From the IMG/VR virus record IMGVR_UViG_3300025310_000003, positions 1 to 30,778 of that record: DNA of 30,778 bases. One strand, written 5' to 3'. This DNA comes from a virus. Below the pieces are notes generated by a model, which saw only the letters and a list, made by a program, of their open reading frames with translations, was not told the DNA's origin and did no database searches. This document shows positions 7,924-16,448 of the stretch, one piece after another (position 1 is the stretch's first letter; the number at the start of each line of letters is the position of its first letter). A program made the translations under genes and the position numbers.

Positions 7924-10328
7924 GCACGTCCGTGTGCACGCTGGATTGGGATGGCGCCACCGGCACCCCGCGCCCATTTCCCACCCAGACCCAGGCGCAG
8001 GCATATGCCACCACTGCCAAGGCGTTCCGCTGGACGAACCCGATGCCTACGAGCGGCGGAGCATTGGTCGTCTGGCAGGATTGCACCAAAGCCCAGGCGG
8101 ACGCCCGCTTGGCTGTCCTGGGCAGCCACGTCGGCAAGCAGACCAGCGTCGTCTATCCCCACGGGACCATCCCGCGCCTGTGGCTGGCCAGCTACACCGG
8201 AGCATGGCAGGCGCAGGCTGGAACCGTCAACGGTGGCGTGTTGACCGTCCAGCTGCACTTCGATGCTGCGGCCAGCCGGCAGACCGGCCCTGACGCTCCC
8301 CAATCCGTAGCTCTGGTGCAAACCGCAGTGGCCCTGCATACGGCCGATGGGTCATGGACCACCAGGCCATGGGAAACCGACTCCGCCGCCCGTGGCGTGG
8401 GGGCCTACCTGGGAGAGGCCCTGGCCTGGCAGGATGGCGCCGCCCCGGACTATACGGTGGCCGGCATGTGGTGCCGCATCGTGAAGCGTGACCCGACCAC
8501 GGGGGGTGTGGCGTCACCGCTGGTGATCTACTGGCGCGGCAAGGTGGCTGGCGTCCGGGTGTCCCGCCTGGAATCCGGCGGCGCCCGCGTCCAGTACCGC
8601 ATGGCCGGCATGCTGCACGCCCTGAATCAATGCCACCTGTCGGAATGGTACGAGTCTCGGAACACCGATTGGCCGGGATGGGTCGATACGTCCAACGCCG
8701 TGGCCAATGTCGGCCAGCCCTTGGATTTCAACGCTGGCGGGCGTGGGGATATGTCTGTCGCAGCCCACGTCCTGCCCAGCGGCGCCGTGTGCCGCGTCCA
8801 CGCCCGTGGGGAAAGGACGACCCCTGGCGCGGTTGGCGTTCGGTGGACCGCCAAGCGAGCTGTGGAAACCATCCTGGCGCATATCCGGCACTGCTGGGGC
8901 TTCCAGGTCGGCCTCGATTTCCCGGACAACCTGGACTATGACGGGCAGTGGGACTGGCAGGGGCGCAATCCGCTGGCCATGATCGCGGCCATCATCTCCC
9001 CCGATACCGGGCGGACCTTCCTGGAATCCGTCGTTGGTGGCGTGCTGACCCTGACCGTCGTGGACATGGAAACCATCCCCGACCCGGCGCCGCCGGCCCT
9101 GGACCTGACGGCCGACGGTGTGCAGGAATGGGCTGTGGATCAGGACCACACCATGGTGGAGGATACCCATTACGTCCAGGCGCCGCAGCCCATATGGATG
9201 CGAACCATTGCGGCTGACGATGTGCTGACCTGGGCGACCAGGCCGACCGGGGATGCCCTGGAACCATGGTATACGGAGGCCGACCAGACGGCCTGGGATG
9301 CATCCAGCGATGAGGCCAGAAAGTCTCCACCGCTGGATGCCGTATTCCGCGCTTGGCAGCTATTCGCCCGATGGGACACGCGGGCGTATTCCGGCCTGAC
9401 CAGGATCCCGTACAAGCGGACCGTCCAGGCCGGGCCTCCGGAGGCTGGCGGCGGCCAGGAAACCGGGGAACTGGAATCGCTCCCGGCAGCGGAATATCCC
9501 AATGCTCGCGTAGCCTGGAAGATGTCCCGCCTGGTGCCGCTGGCGCCCGGCAAGGATTGGACGGACCCCTATGTGGTGACATCCAACCTGGACCCGGTGG
9601 AGGGGCCGCTGATGTATTGGTATAAGCCTATTGCCACGCCGCCCTGGGTGGTGGCGCATCAGGATTTCCAAATCCAGGTCGGTGATGATGGTGGGAGCAT
9701 CATTGTGGGCCGCACGCCTGCGGATGCCGCTGCCATCAAGGCCCGCCTGGCGGCCGGGTGGACGCCGGTATTCACCGTGGCCCTCGTTCATCCTCTGGCC
9801 TTCCGCGTGTCAGCCACAACGGAAGCTGTGGGCGGATCACCGCCATGCACCGACCTGCGGCGGAGTGGATGCACCTACCTGACCGGGGATTATTGGACCC
9901 AGGTGCGCGTGCCGGACCGGACCGTGTTCAAGCTCGATGCATCCAGCGCGGCCGTCCTGGCTGCGGAGGGCCGGAGGGATCAGGGCGGCGACCCCGTGGC
10001 CTTCCGGGACAAGATGCGGACGTGGTGGTTAAGCCCGGACGGCACCGCTACCTGGACCGTTCGCGGCATCGCGGACGATGCCGGCGCCATGCTGGCAACC
10101 ATGGTGGACCAAGCCACGGTACGCTGGGGCGCCGACGAAGGCGACACCGCGTCGGTGGCGGTGCGCGCCCCGGTGGTCCGGGTGTCGTTCGACTTCCGGG
10201 CAGCATCCGCTTCCGTGTCCTACCAGGCCAGCCGCACCCTGGCCGGCTTCCGCGTGCCGTCGGTTGTCCAGGGTGCGCTGGGTGTAGGGTTGGCTCGCGG
10301 TCAGTATCAGTCCAGCGGGGGCGCATGA
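7920..10328 (+). CDS. Large tail tip / baseplate hub protein
   Basis: 802 aa starting at the ATG at 7920 (ATGA overlap). Assigned from its position after the tape measure and minor tail protein. No enzyme motif recognised. Confidence 0.6.
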   Translation: MSTSVCTLDWDGATGTPRPFPTQTQAQAYATTAKAFRWTNPMPTSGGALVVWQDCTKAQADARLAVLGSHVGKQTSVVYPHGTIPRLWLASYTGAWQAQAGTVNGGVLTVQLHFDAAASRQTGPDAPQSVALVQTAVALHTADGSWTTRPWETDSAARGVGAYLGEALAWQDGAAPDYTVAGMWCRIVKRDPTTGGVASPLVIYWRGKVAGVRVSRLESGGARVQYRMAGMLHALNQCHLSEWYESRNTDWPGWVDTSNAVANVGQPLDFNAGGRGDMSVAAHVLPSGAVCRVHARGERTTPGAVGVRWTAKRAVETILAHIRHCWGFQVGLDFPDNLDYDGQWDWQGRNPLAMIAAIISPDTGRTFLESVVGGVLTLTVVDMETIPDPAPPALDLTADGVQEWAVDQDHTMVEDTHYVQAPQPIWMRTIAADDVLTWATRPTGDALEPWYTEADQTAWDASSDEARKSPPLDAVFRAWQLFARWDTRAYSGLTRIPYKRTVQAGPPEAGGGQETGELESLPAAEYPNARVAWKMSRLVPLAPGKDWTDPYVVTSNLDPVEGPLMYWYKPIATPPWVVAHQDFQIQVGDDGGSIIVGRTPADAAAIKARLAAGWTPVFTVALVHPLAFRVSATTEAVGGSPPCTDLRRSGCTYLTGDYWTQVRVPDRTVFKLDASSAAVLAAEGRRDQGGDPVAFRDKMRTWWLSPDGTATWTVRGIADDAGAMLATMVDQATVRWGADEGDTASVAVRAPVVRVSFDFRAASASVSYQASRTLAGFRVPSVVQGALGVGLARGQYQSSGGA

Positions 10329-10942
10329 CCTGGGACCACGAACAACGCATCCGGCGCCTGGAGCGCGAAACCCGCAGCATGCCATCACGCTGGGCCGGCG
10401 GCGCGGCAGCGGTAGCAGCTGCACCAACCCTGTGGGCGGCCATCATCGGCGGCCAAACCCTGACCAGCGGGCAGGATGGCATACGGCGTGCTGCTTCCAA
10501 CCTGACCACCGCAACCCTGTACGATCCCAACCATGCCGACCGTTCGGCGTGGGCGACGGCCACGACCTATGCGGTGGGAGCCATCGTCGCAAACGTCGGA
10601 AACTCCTATATGTGCACCACGGCAGGGATCAGCGCCGCCGGTCCTTCGGGGACCGGCACGGGCATCGCGGACGGGACCTGCGTGTGGAATTGGCACGGCG
10701 GCAACCCGACGCTTCCGCTTTCGCCAGACGGCCTGGGCATCGGATTCCTGTTCGCGGATGGCGTCCAGCAATTTGTGGACACGGGCGCCGGCCTGGCGCC
10801 GGCCAAGGTGATGATTGCCCTGGACCAGCGCAGCCTCATTCCATTCGCGCTGGCTGCCGGCGAATGGGTGCGCCTGGCCAGCACTCCGGTCCAGGTTGGC
10901 GCAACGGCCAATATCGTGGCATATCCCCCAACGTATATGTGA
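10325..10942 (+). CDS. Tail fibre-associated protein with a CBM5/12-like aromatic motif
   Basis: ATGA overlap with the upstream stop. WATATTYAVGAIVANVGNSYMCTTAG...DGTCVWNW resembles the W..Y..G..V...G..Y.......W carbohydrate-binding pattern common in fibres. Confidence 0.6.
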   Translation: MTWDHEQRIRRLERETRSMPSRWAGGAAAVAAAPTLWAAIIGGQTLTSGQDGIRRAASNLTTATLYDPNHADRSAWATATTYAVGAIVANVGNSYMCTTAGISAAGPSGTGTGIADGTCVWNWHGGNPTLPLSPDGLGIGFLFADGVQQFVDTGAGLAPAKVMIALDQRSLIPFALAAGEWVRLASTPVQVGATANIVAYPPTYM

Positions 10943-10945
10943 GTC

Positions 10946-13672
10946 ATGGCCTGGACGCTTTCGGCCGACTCCACCTATCTCCCTGGGCGCCTCGCCAGGT
11001 CCATGCAGCCACTCGGCATTCCTGGCAACGATTGGCGGTTTGCGCAGCCGTGCGACGCTGGCGGTGGATCGGTGCCGGGCAACGAGGTCGCCATAACCGG
11101 GCTCTATGCTGCCGCGCCGGAGTGGTCGCGCCTGTATGTCCGCATGTCGCAGCCGAACCACAACGCCCCCATGCTGACATGGCATCGGGCGGACTACCAT
11201 CCAGGCACGGACACCTGGACGGAATCGACCATCACGCCGTCCGCATACCTGACCCATCCGAGGCCCTTTGTTCTCGCGGAATTTCAGGCGTCTGACCTGC
11301 TGCACTTCCCTGTCCCGGCCGCGACCATGGTTCCGGCTGTCGTGGGTGTGCCGCCCTGGTTTCCGTTCCTGCCGGTCCGGATCACCGCCAGCGCCGGATG
11401 GATCGCGGCAGAGGGCAACCTGGGGCAGACGGGGGCCGCGGCGGAATCGTCGCATGCGCCGTGGGCCAACTACCGGCGTGCGCTCCTGGCCACATCCGAA
11501 GCGCCGACCGTTCTGGCCATCGACAACCCGTCGATGCCTGCGTCTGGGCCAGATCCGGGCGCCGCGAACGATTATGCATGGCCGAACAGATGGGGCGGCA
11601 CGCGGGCGTGGGCTTGGTTTTCTGGCTCCGTGCGCTTGGTGGTCCCGCCGGAATGGAAGGGGGCGTGGAACACCGATGCGAGCTACGCAGCCGGCGACCG
11701 CGTTGTGCACGCTGGGAATTTCTACCAGGCAGCCACACCCCAAACACCGGCCGACCCGGCGCCGCCGTCCGCCGGATGGACCGCAACCCCGTCCTGGCCG
11801 TGGGCGGCATCGCATACCTCCTGGCAGGCGGCCGCGTTTCCTGACGTGCACCCCGACTTCCCCAACTGCGTCCGCCTGACCTTCCGGGTGACGCCAACGG
11901 ATTACGCCGCCACCCCATCGCCAACGATCACGCTGGCAGCCGGCCTGGTGGTGTCCGCCACGGACGGGACCCCATACGCCCCCGTGGCCGAATTGGTGCA
12001 ACATCGGAAATTCGCGGCCATGGTGGGCATGGTCGGGCCAATGGCCAACCTGGGAACCATCGCGCCGGGCGGGAGCGCCATCGCCCCCCAGATTGCAGCT
12101 GAGGACGTGGAGCCGGGCATCCTGCGGGTCCATCACGGCATTCCGACGCACACGCTTGCTACGCGCGCCTGGACAGACCAGGCGGGGTGGACACCGCCGC
12201 TCGTGTGGCCCTTGTCCCGGCGGTGGCTCCCGACTGGTGCGGAATACATGGCGGGCCATCCCCATCAGATGCTCGCCACCGTCGAAATCGACGGCTTTTC
12301 AGCCATAACCGCGTACATGGATACCATGACCAAGCCGGCGGTCGTCGCTCCGCTGGTGTGGCCACAATTGCCCGGAATCCTGCACAACGCCGGGCAAGAC
12401 AGCCCATATATGTGGCACCACCGGACGCGCCGGCTGCTGCCGCTGCATCGCTACCTCTACGACCATCCCGACGATGGCGTATGGCACGACCTGGGCCTGG
12501 GGACCGACGCCGCCGTCATCGTGCCGACCGACTTGGCCATTCCACCGAGCCTGGCGACCCTTCCCGTCCGAGCTGCATTCACGGATGATTCCGTCGCGCA
12601 TCCCGGCGTCGGATATCCCGGCGACCGTCTCTGGAAGCTGGACCTTGCCCGATGGCCGTCCGGAGACGGCGAGGAAACCGGCTGGCCAGCTGCTCTGGAT
12701 ATCCAGGACGCCGACCGCATCACGGTTGGCATAGCCATGCGGCCAGAGGTTGTTCCGACGCCGCTGGGCAGGTGGCCTGCCCGGTGGTGCGGCGGCGGTC
12801 CGCATACGCGCAGGACCATGGAATCGTACACCTACCGGACGATCGCGGGGTTTGAGTGGACATATGTCCACCCCATCTGCCATGCGTCTGGATTTCTGGT
12901 CGGCTTGGACGCGGCCGGTAACGGTTACCCCGCCATGTATAGGGACATATTCGTATGGCTGGGTGATTTGTGCGGCGGAACGTGGTGGGGCGCCCCGTTT
13001 GTGGGCATCGATGCATACGCAAGCGACGCCAGCGGCTATGGCGTGACGGCTTCATTCCCGGTTGTCGTGGAGATCTACCGGCTCCCCGATGACGCGCAGG
13101 ACCACGCCCCGTACTACTCCAACAGCCCGAACGATAGGGGGAATGATCCGCCGGCCTCCGCCGTGCTCGTGGGGACGAAGGCCTACACCATGACCGCACG
13201 CGGGTGGCATTTTGCTGGCATCCCTGATTGGGATCCTGTCGCGTCCTATGCGCCATATGATTCTGTGGTGACGGGGACCGACCCGCACAAGGTGGCATGG
13301 TACTGGAACAACCCAAACCCGAGCATGCCGGGCGATGAACCGGGTGTGCATCCCGATTGGGTTTCCACGGTCACGCCGCCCGTACTGTCCTTCGCCGTCC
13401 ACCATCTCCCGAGCGACACGGAGATCAATCAGGCCATATGCACCGACAGCCCAACGGCTGGACGCCGCTGGACGTATGCCGCCCGCGTCCGCTATCCCGT
13501 GGATATGTTCCAGGACATGCCGGCATTCCAGGCCTTGAGAGGCGGGTTCCGTTGGCACTATCAGGCGCCGGACATTCCGTCCACCGTCACCGTGACCGGG
13601 GCGCCGGACCTGGCATGTCGCGGGCGGATCTATCCCGGAACGGTAGCCGGCGACCTGGGGCCGGGAACCTAG
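10946..13672 (+). CDS. Large tail fibre / host-specificity protein with CBM5/12-like motifs
   Basis: 908 aa. WNTDASYAAGDRVVHAGNFYQAATPQTPADPAPPSAGW and WDPVASYAPYDSVVTG...VAWYWNN are further copies of the same motif. It is the last gene of the structural arm. Confidence 0.65.
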   Translation: MAWTLSADSTYLPGRLARSMQPLGIPGNDWRFAQPCDAGGGSVPGNEVAITGLYAAAPEWSRLYVRMSQPNHNAPMLTWHRADYHPGTDTWTESTITPSAYLTHPRPFVLAEFQASDLLHFPVPAATMVPAVVGVPPWFPFLPVRITASAGWIAAEGNLGQTGAAAESSHAPWANYRRALLATSEAPTVLAIDNPSMPASGPDPGAANDYAWPNRWGGTRAWAWFSGSVRLVVPPEWKGAWNTDASYAAGDRVVHAGNFYQAATPQTPADPAPPSAGWTATPSWPWAASHTSWQAAAFPDVHPDFPNCVRLTFRVTPTDYAATPSPTITLAAGLVVSATDGTPYAPVAELVQHRKFAAMVGMVGPMANLGTIAPGGSAIAPQIAAEDVEPGILRVHHGIPTHTLATRAWTDQAGWTPPLVWPLSRRWLPTGAEYMAGHPHQMLATVEIDGFSAITAYMDTMTKPAVVAPLVWPQLPGILHNAGQDSPYMWHHRTRRLLPLHRYLYDHPDDGVWHDLGLGTDAAVIVPTDLAIPPSLATLPVRAAFTDDSVAHPGVGYPGDRLWKLDLARWPSGDGEETGWPAALDIQDADRITVGIAMRPEVVPTPLGRWPARWCGGGPHTRRTMESYTYRTIAGFEWTYVHPICHASGFLVGLDAAGNGYPAMYRDIFVWLGDLCGGTWWGAPFVGIDAYASDASGYGVTASFPVVVEIYRLPDDAQDHAPYYSNSPNDRGNDPPASAVLVGTKAYTMTARGWHFAGIPDWDPVASYAPYDSVVTGTDPHKVAWYWNNPNPSMPGDEPGVHPDWVSTVTPPVLSFAVHHLPSDTEINQAICTDSPTAGRRWTYAARVRYPVDMFQDMPAFQALRGGFRWHYQAPDIPSTVTVTGAPDLACRGRIYPGTVAGDLGPGT

Positions 13673-13848
13673 TCCGTGGGCGGCGCAGGGATCCGGTATC
13701 CTCGCGCCGTGAACCAGGCGTCGCGACACGCGCGGCTGCACAGATACGTCACGCCGTGGCACGGACGCCCCACGGGGACATCCTTCCGGCACATCGCGCA
13801 TGCCGGCCCATGATACTCCCGGCGCGGAGCTGGCTGGCGCATGGTCAT
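13669..13848 (-). CDS. Small zinc-ribbon protein (C-x2-C ... C-x3-C, YacG-like pattern)
   Basis: MTMRQPAPRREYHGPACAMCRKDVPVGRPCHGVTYLCSRACRDAWF... The ATG overlaps the upstream nuclease stop (ATGA). Confidence 0.55.
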   Translation of the reverse strand: MTMRQPAPRREYHGPACAMCRKDVPVGRPCHGVTYLCSRACRDAWFTARGYRIPAPPTD

Positions 13849-14372
13849 GACGGCCATCCATCCACCGGCACGCAGCCGCCAGCGGCATCGGGGCGCCAGG
13901 ACACCCGGCGCAACATGCATGACGCCCATGTCAGCGGCCGGCGTGGGCGCCACCAATCGGGCGGACCACCAGCGGTGTCCGGATACGGCATCCAGCGGAT
14001 GCCGACATATCCAGCGGCATCCATGCCGCACCATACCACCACGGACACAGCGCCAGCCGCCCGGTGCGCGGCCAGGGCGGCATGCTGGTGTACCGCCAGG
14101 TCGGACCAGGACAGGCCATCATCCACGGGTCGGACCTTCACTTCGACCAGCACAGACACACCACCAGGCCCAACGGCCCGGACATCCCCAGACACCTTCT
14201 CCAGCGGGTGAGCGGATATGATGTTTCCGCGTGGTCCACGCCGGATGGCATATCCCACCCGGACCCGCTCGACGCAGGAAGCCCAGGATGTGAGCCAAGC
14301 GACAGCCTGGATTTCCCCAGCCTCACCATGGGCGCGGGCCAGGGCGCCAGCGGACCGGCGTACGTGTGTCAT
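13845..14372 (-). CDS. PD-(D/E)XK nuclease, VRR-NUC / Hjc-like (putative Holliday-junction resolvase)
   Basis: ...SGDVRAVGPGGVSVLVEVKVR...LAVHQHAALAAHRAAGAVSVVVW contains D...E-V-K followed by the h-Q...G....vv pattern typical of VRR-NUC. Confidence 0.65.
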   Translation of the reverse strand: MTHVRRSAGALARAHGEAGEIQAVAWLTSWASCVERVRVGYAIRRGPRGNIISAHPLEKVSGDVRAVGPGGVSVLVEVKVRPVDDGLSWSDLAVHQHAALAAHRAAGAVSVVVWCGMDAAGYVGIRWMPYPDTAGGPPDWWRPRRPLTWASCMLRRVSWRPDAAGGCVPVDGWPS

Positions 14373-14654
14373 CGTGTTTCACCACGTTGTGCGGCCGTCC
14401 GCCATGCGTCAACCACGTGGCCAGAGCGCCCATGCGCAACGCTCGCCCGATGTGCCGGGCTGGCACCGTCTGGATGCGGTGGTGTCCGTTGGCATGGTTC
14501 GTTCCGGAATCGCGGTTGGCGGTGGCGGGGACACAACGGGGAGCGCGGACGCAGCGCATAGCGGCGGAAGCATCCAGGGTGCCGGCATGTCATACGCACG
14601 TCCGGCGGAGCCTGGAAGCCCACACCCTGCGGGCGGTCCTTCCGTGAGGGATGT

Positions 14655-15401
14655 TCATGGCGCGGGCGCCGGCCGGGCACCTGCCGCCGACTCCTGGGCA
14701 TTCCCCTGTCTGGCGCGGTGGCGCTTCCCCCACGCAGTGGCGACCGATTCGTAATCCTTGGCCCAGCGGGATTGTATGCCATGGGCGCGGCGAGCGGCGG
14801 CGCATGCGGCCAGGCATGCCAGTGCATCCTCCAGGCACGTGGCGCCCGCGTCCAGCGCCAGCCCCTGCCATTCCTCCAATGCCGTGTCATCGCTGGCGAA
14901 CCGATGCCGGGCCAGGGCCGTGCGGAATCGTTCGCGGGATGACTTGAGCGGTGGCTTCGGTGGCGTCGGTGGCGTTGGTGGCGTCGGTGGCGTTGGTGGC
15001 GTTGGTGGCGTTGGTGGCGTTGGTGGCGTTGGTGGCGGGACTGCCAGCTGGGTTGGCGCCTGGCCTGGGAGCGGGCGCTTCCACCGGGCCTCGGCAGCCA
15101 TGCGGGCGCGGGCCAGGGTCCGCCCATAGGACTCCACGGCATCTGCCGGATAGTAGGCCACCACCAGATCCGACCCCTCCCACCGCCAGAGGGGGCATGG
15201 CCGTGATACTTCCGCCAGCGTCACCCGCGCCTGCTGTTGCCAGTGCCGGTCCCCCCATGTTTTGCAGTCGGCTATCCGTCCACCGTCTGCCAGCATCACG
15301 GCCAGCCGGAGCAGGCATATCCAGGTGGCCCGATCCAGTGGTTCCGCCCCGATGAATGCGACGCTGTCCAATGCTTCAGCGGAGATGTAGATATGTCGCA
15401 T
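14655..15401 (-). CDS. DUF1376-like early protein with a (TPP)8 linker (possible replication/primosome-associated role)
   Basis: MRHIYISAEALDSVAFIGAEPLDRATWICLLRLAVMLADGGRI resembles the DUF1376 N-terminal domain. The central linker reads PPPTPPTPPTPPTPPTPPTPPTPPTPPKPP. An alternative start at 15458 lies inside a strong hairpin. Confidence 0.55.
   Translation of the reverse strand: MRHIYISAEALDSVAFIGAEPLDRATWICLLRLAVMLADGGRIADCKTWGDRHWQQQARVTLAEVSRPCPLWRWEGSDLVVAYYPADAVESYGRTLARARMAAEARWKRPLPGQAPTQLAVPPPTPPTPPTPPTPPTPPTPPTPPTPPKPPLKSSRERFRTALARHRFASDDTALEEWQGLALDAGATCLEDALACLAACAAARRAHGIQSRWAKDYESVATAWGKRHRARQGNAQESAAGARPAPAP
14951..15040. repeat. 9-bp tandem repeat (ggtggcgtY), about 10 units, encoding the (TPP)n linker on the - strand
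   Basis: Read directly: ggtggcttc ggtggcgtc ggtggcgtt ggtggcgtc ggtggcgtt x5 ggtggcggg. Confidence 0.9.
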
Positions 15402-15421
15402 GCTGTTCTCGTATCGGGATC

Positions 15422-15464
15422 GGACGGATGCCCGCCTGGCATATGTCCCGGCGGGCATCCGTCC
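15422..15464 (-). promoter_or_regulatory. Intercistronic 15-bp perfect inverted repeat (stem) with a 13-nt loop containing CATATG
   Basis: ggacggatgcccgcc tggcatatgtccc ggcgggcatccgtcc. It lies 6 nt downstream of the exonuclease stop and 20 nt upstream of the ATG at 15401. No U-tract follows it on the - strand. Confidence 0.7.
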
Positions 15465-15470
15465 AGTGTG

Positions 15471-16448
15471 TCAGTATGGGTCCTCCGCCGCCGTGGCCTC
15501 GGCGACGTGGCGGCTGAACCACGCTGGCGGGACTACCGGCTGACGTGCCATGCCCAGGTCCCGTGGCCAATCATCGCGCCGCCACAAATCCAACGCCAGC
15601 TCCAGGCTCCGCATGTTGGTGTCGTGGGCGGCATCCAGGATGGCGTCCGACAGGTCGTAGACGCGGACGCGATGGACAGACCCCTTCTCGACGGCCAGAA
15701 GCGCAGCAGGAAGCCTGCGTCCGGTTTCCTGCTGCACGATCCACCGATACCAAGCCATCTGCCGGTGGTAGTGATGGCGGAAGATATCATCCATGAACCC
15801 GGAGATGTTGTCGCAGGTCTTCAGGTCGACGATGGCGGACCATGCGTCCGCGGATGCCGCCGCGCTGACGATCCAGTCGAGCTTCGCTTTGATCGGAACC
15901 CCCCCTTCATCCTGAAAAAACGCAGCCTCCGGGATGCCGCTTCGCAGGAGTCCGGCTGCGTCTGGGGTCTGCATGGCTGCGGTGCGCATGCTTACGACCA
16001 TGGCCACCTCCTTGGCGTCGGCCACCAGGCGGCCCTCCGCCTCCTGGGCCACCAGCCACGCACGACACGGCCCTGCGTTCCAATTCCAGGGCTTTTCTTC
16101 CGCCGGCGGGCCGTCCGGATATTCCGCTGGCGTGGGCTTGTCCGGATGGGAAGCCTGCCATTCCCTGCAATATTTGGCACGCGGATTCCAGGGTTTCATG
16201 TCCGGCGGCGCGGTGGTGTAGGTTGGGGGCACGCACGCCACACGGGCAGCTACGGCGGTGTCACCCTCCAGCACGGCCAGGTGGGTCAGCCTGCCCACCC
16301 GGAATGCATCCGTCTCCGGCTTGCCGATCAGTCCGCGCATGCGGCCGATGGCCCCAGCTGGTCCCCAGGTTTCCAGGTCCCGCAGGAAATGGAAGGAAAT
16401 GGCCTGTGTCCCGTGGTATTCACGGTCGGACATGTCAAGGCGGATCAT
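15471..16448 (-). CDS. RecE/RecB-family PD-(D/E)XK exonuclease (DUF3799 / exodeoxyribonuclease VIII-like)
   Basis: DREYHG...ISFHFL at the N-terminus, then KAKLDWIV...AIVDLKT (D..D-x-K) and YHRQMAWY (QxxxY). ATGA overlap with the upstream ERF gene. Confidence 0.75.
   Translation of the reverse strand: MIRLDMSDREYHGTQAISFHFLRDLETWGPAGAIGRMRGLIGKPETDAFRVGRLTHLAVLEGDTAVAARVACVPPTYTTAPPDMKPWNPRAKYCREWQASHPDKPTPAEYPDGPPAEEKPWNWNAGPCRAWLVAQEAEGRLVADAKEVAMVVSMRTAAMQTPDAAGLLRSGIPEAAFFQDEGGVPIKAKLDWIVSAAASADAWSAIVDLKTCDNISGFMDDIFRHHYHRQMAWYRWIVQQETGRRLPAALLAVEKGSVHRVRVYDLSDAILDAAHDTNMRSLELALDLWRRDDWPRDLGMARQPVVPPAWFSRHVAEATAAEDPY

Noticed and set aside
14369-15142. 257-aa - strand ORF with HQRHQRHQRH repeats
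   Set aside because: It is the out-of-frame reading of the 9-bp (TPP)n array and overlaps the better-supported 14655..15401 gene. Only its 3' 74 codons are discussed, as a low-confidence possibility.
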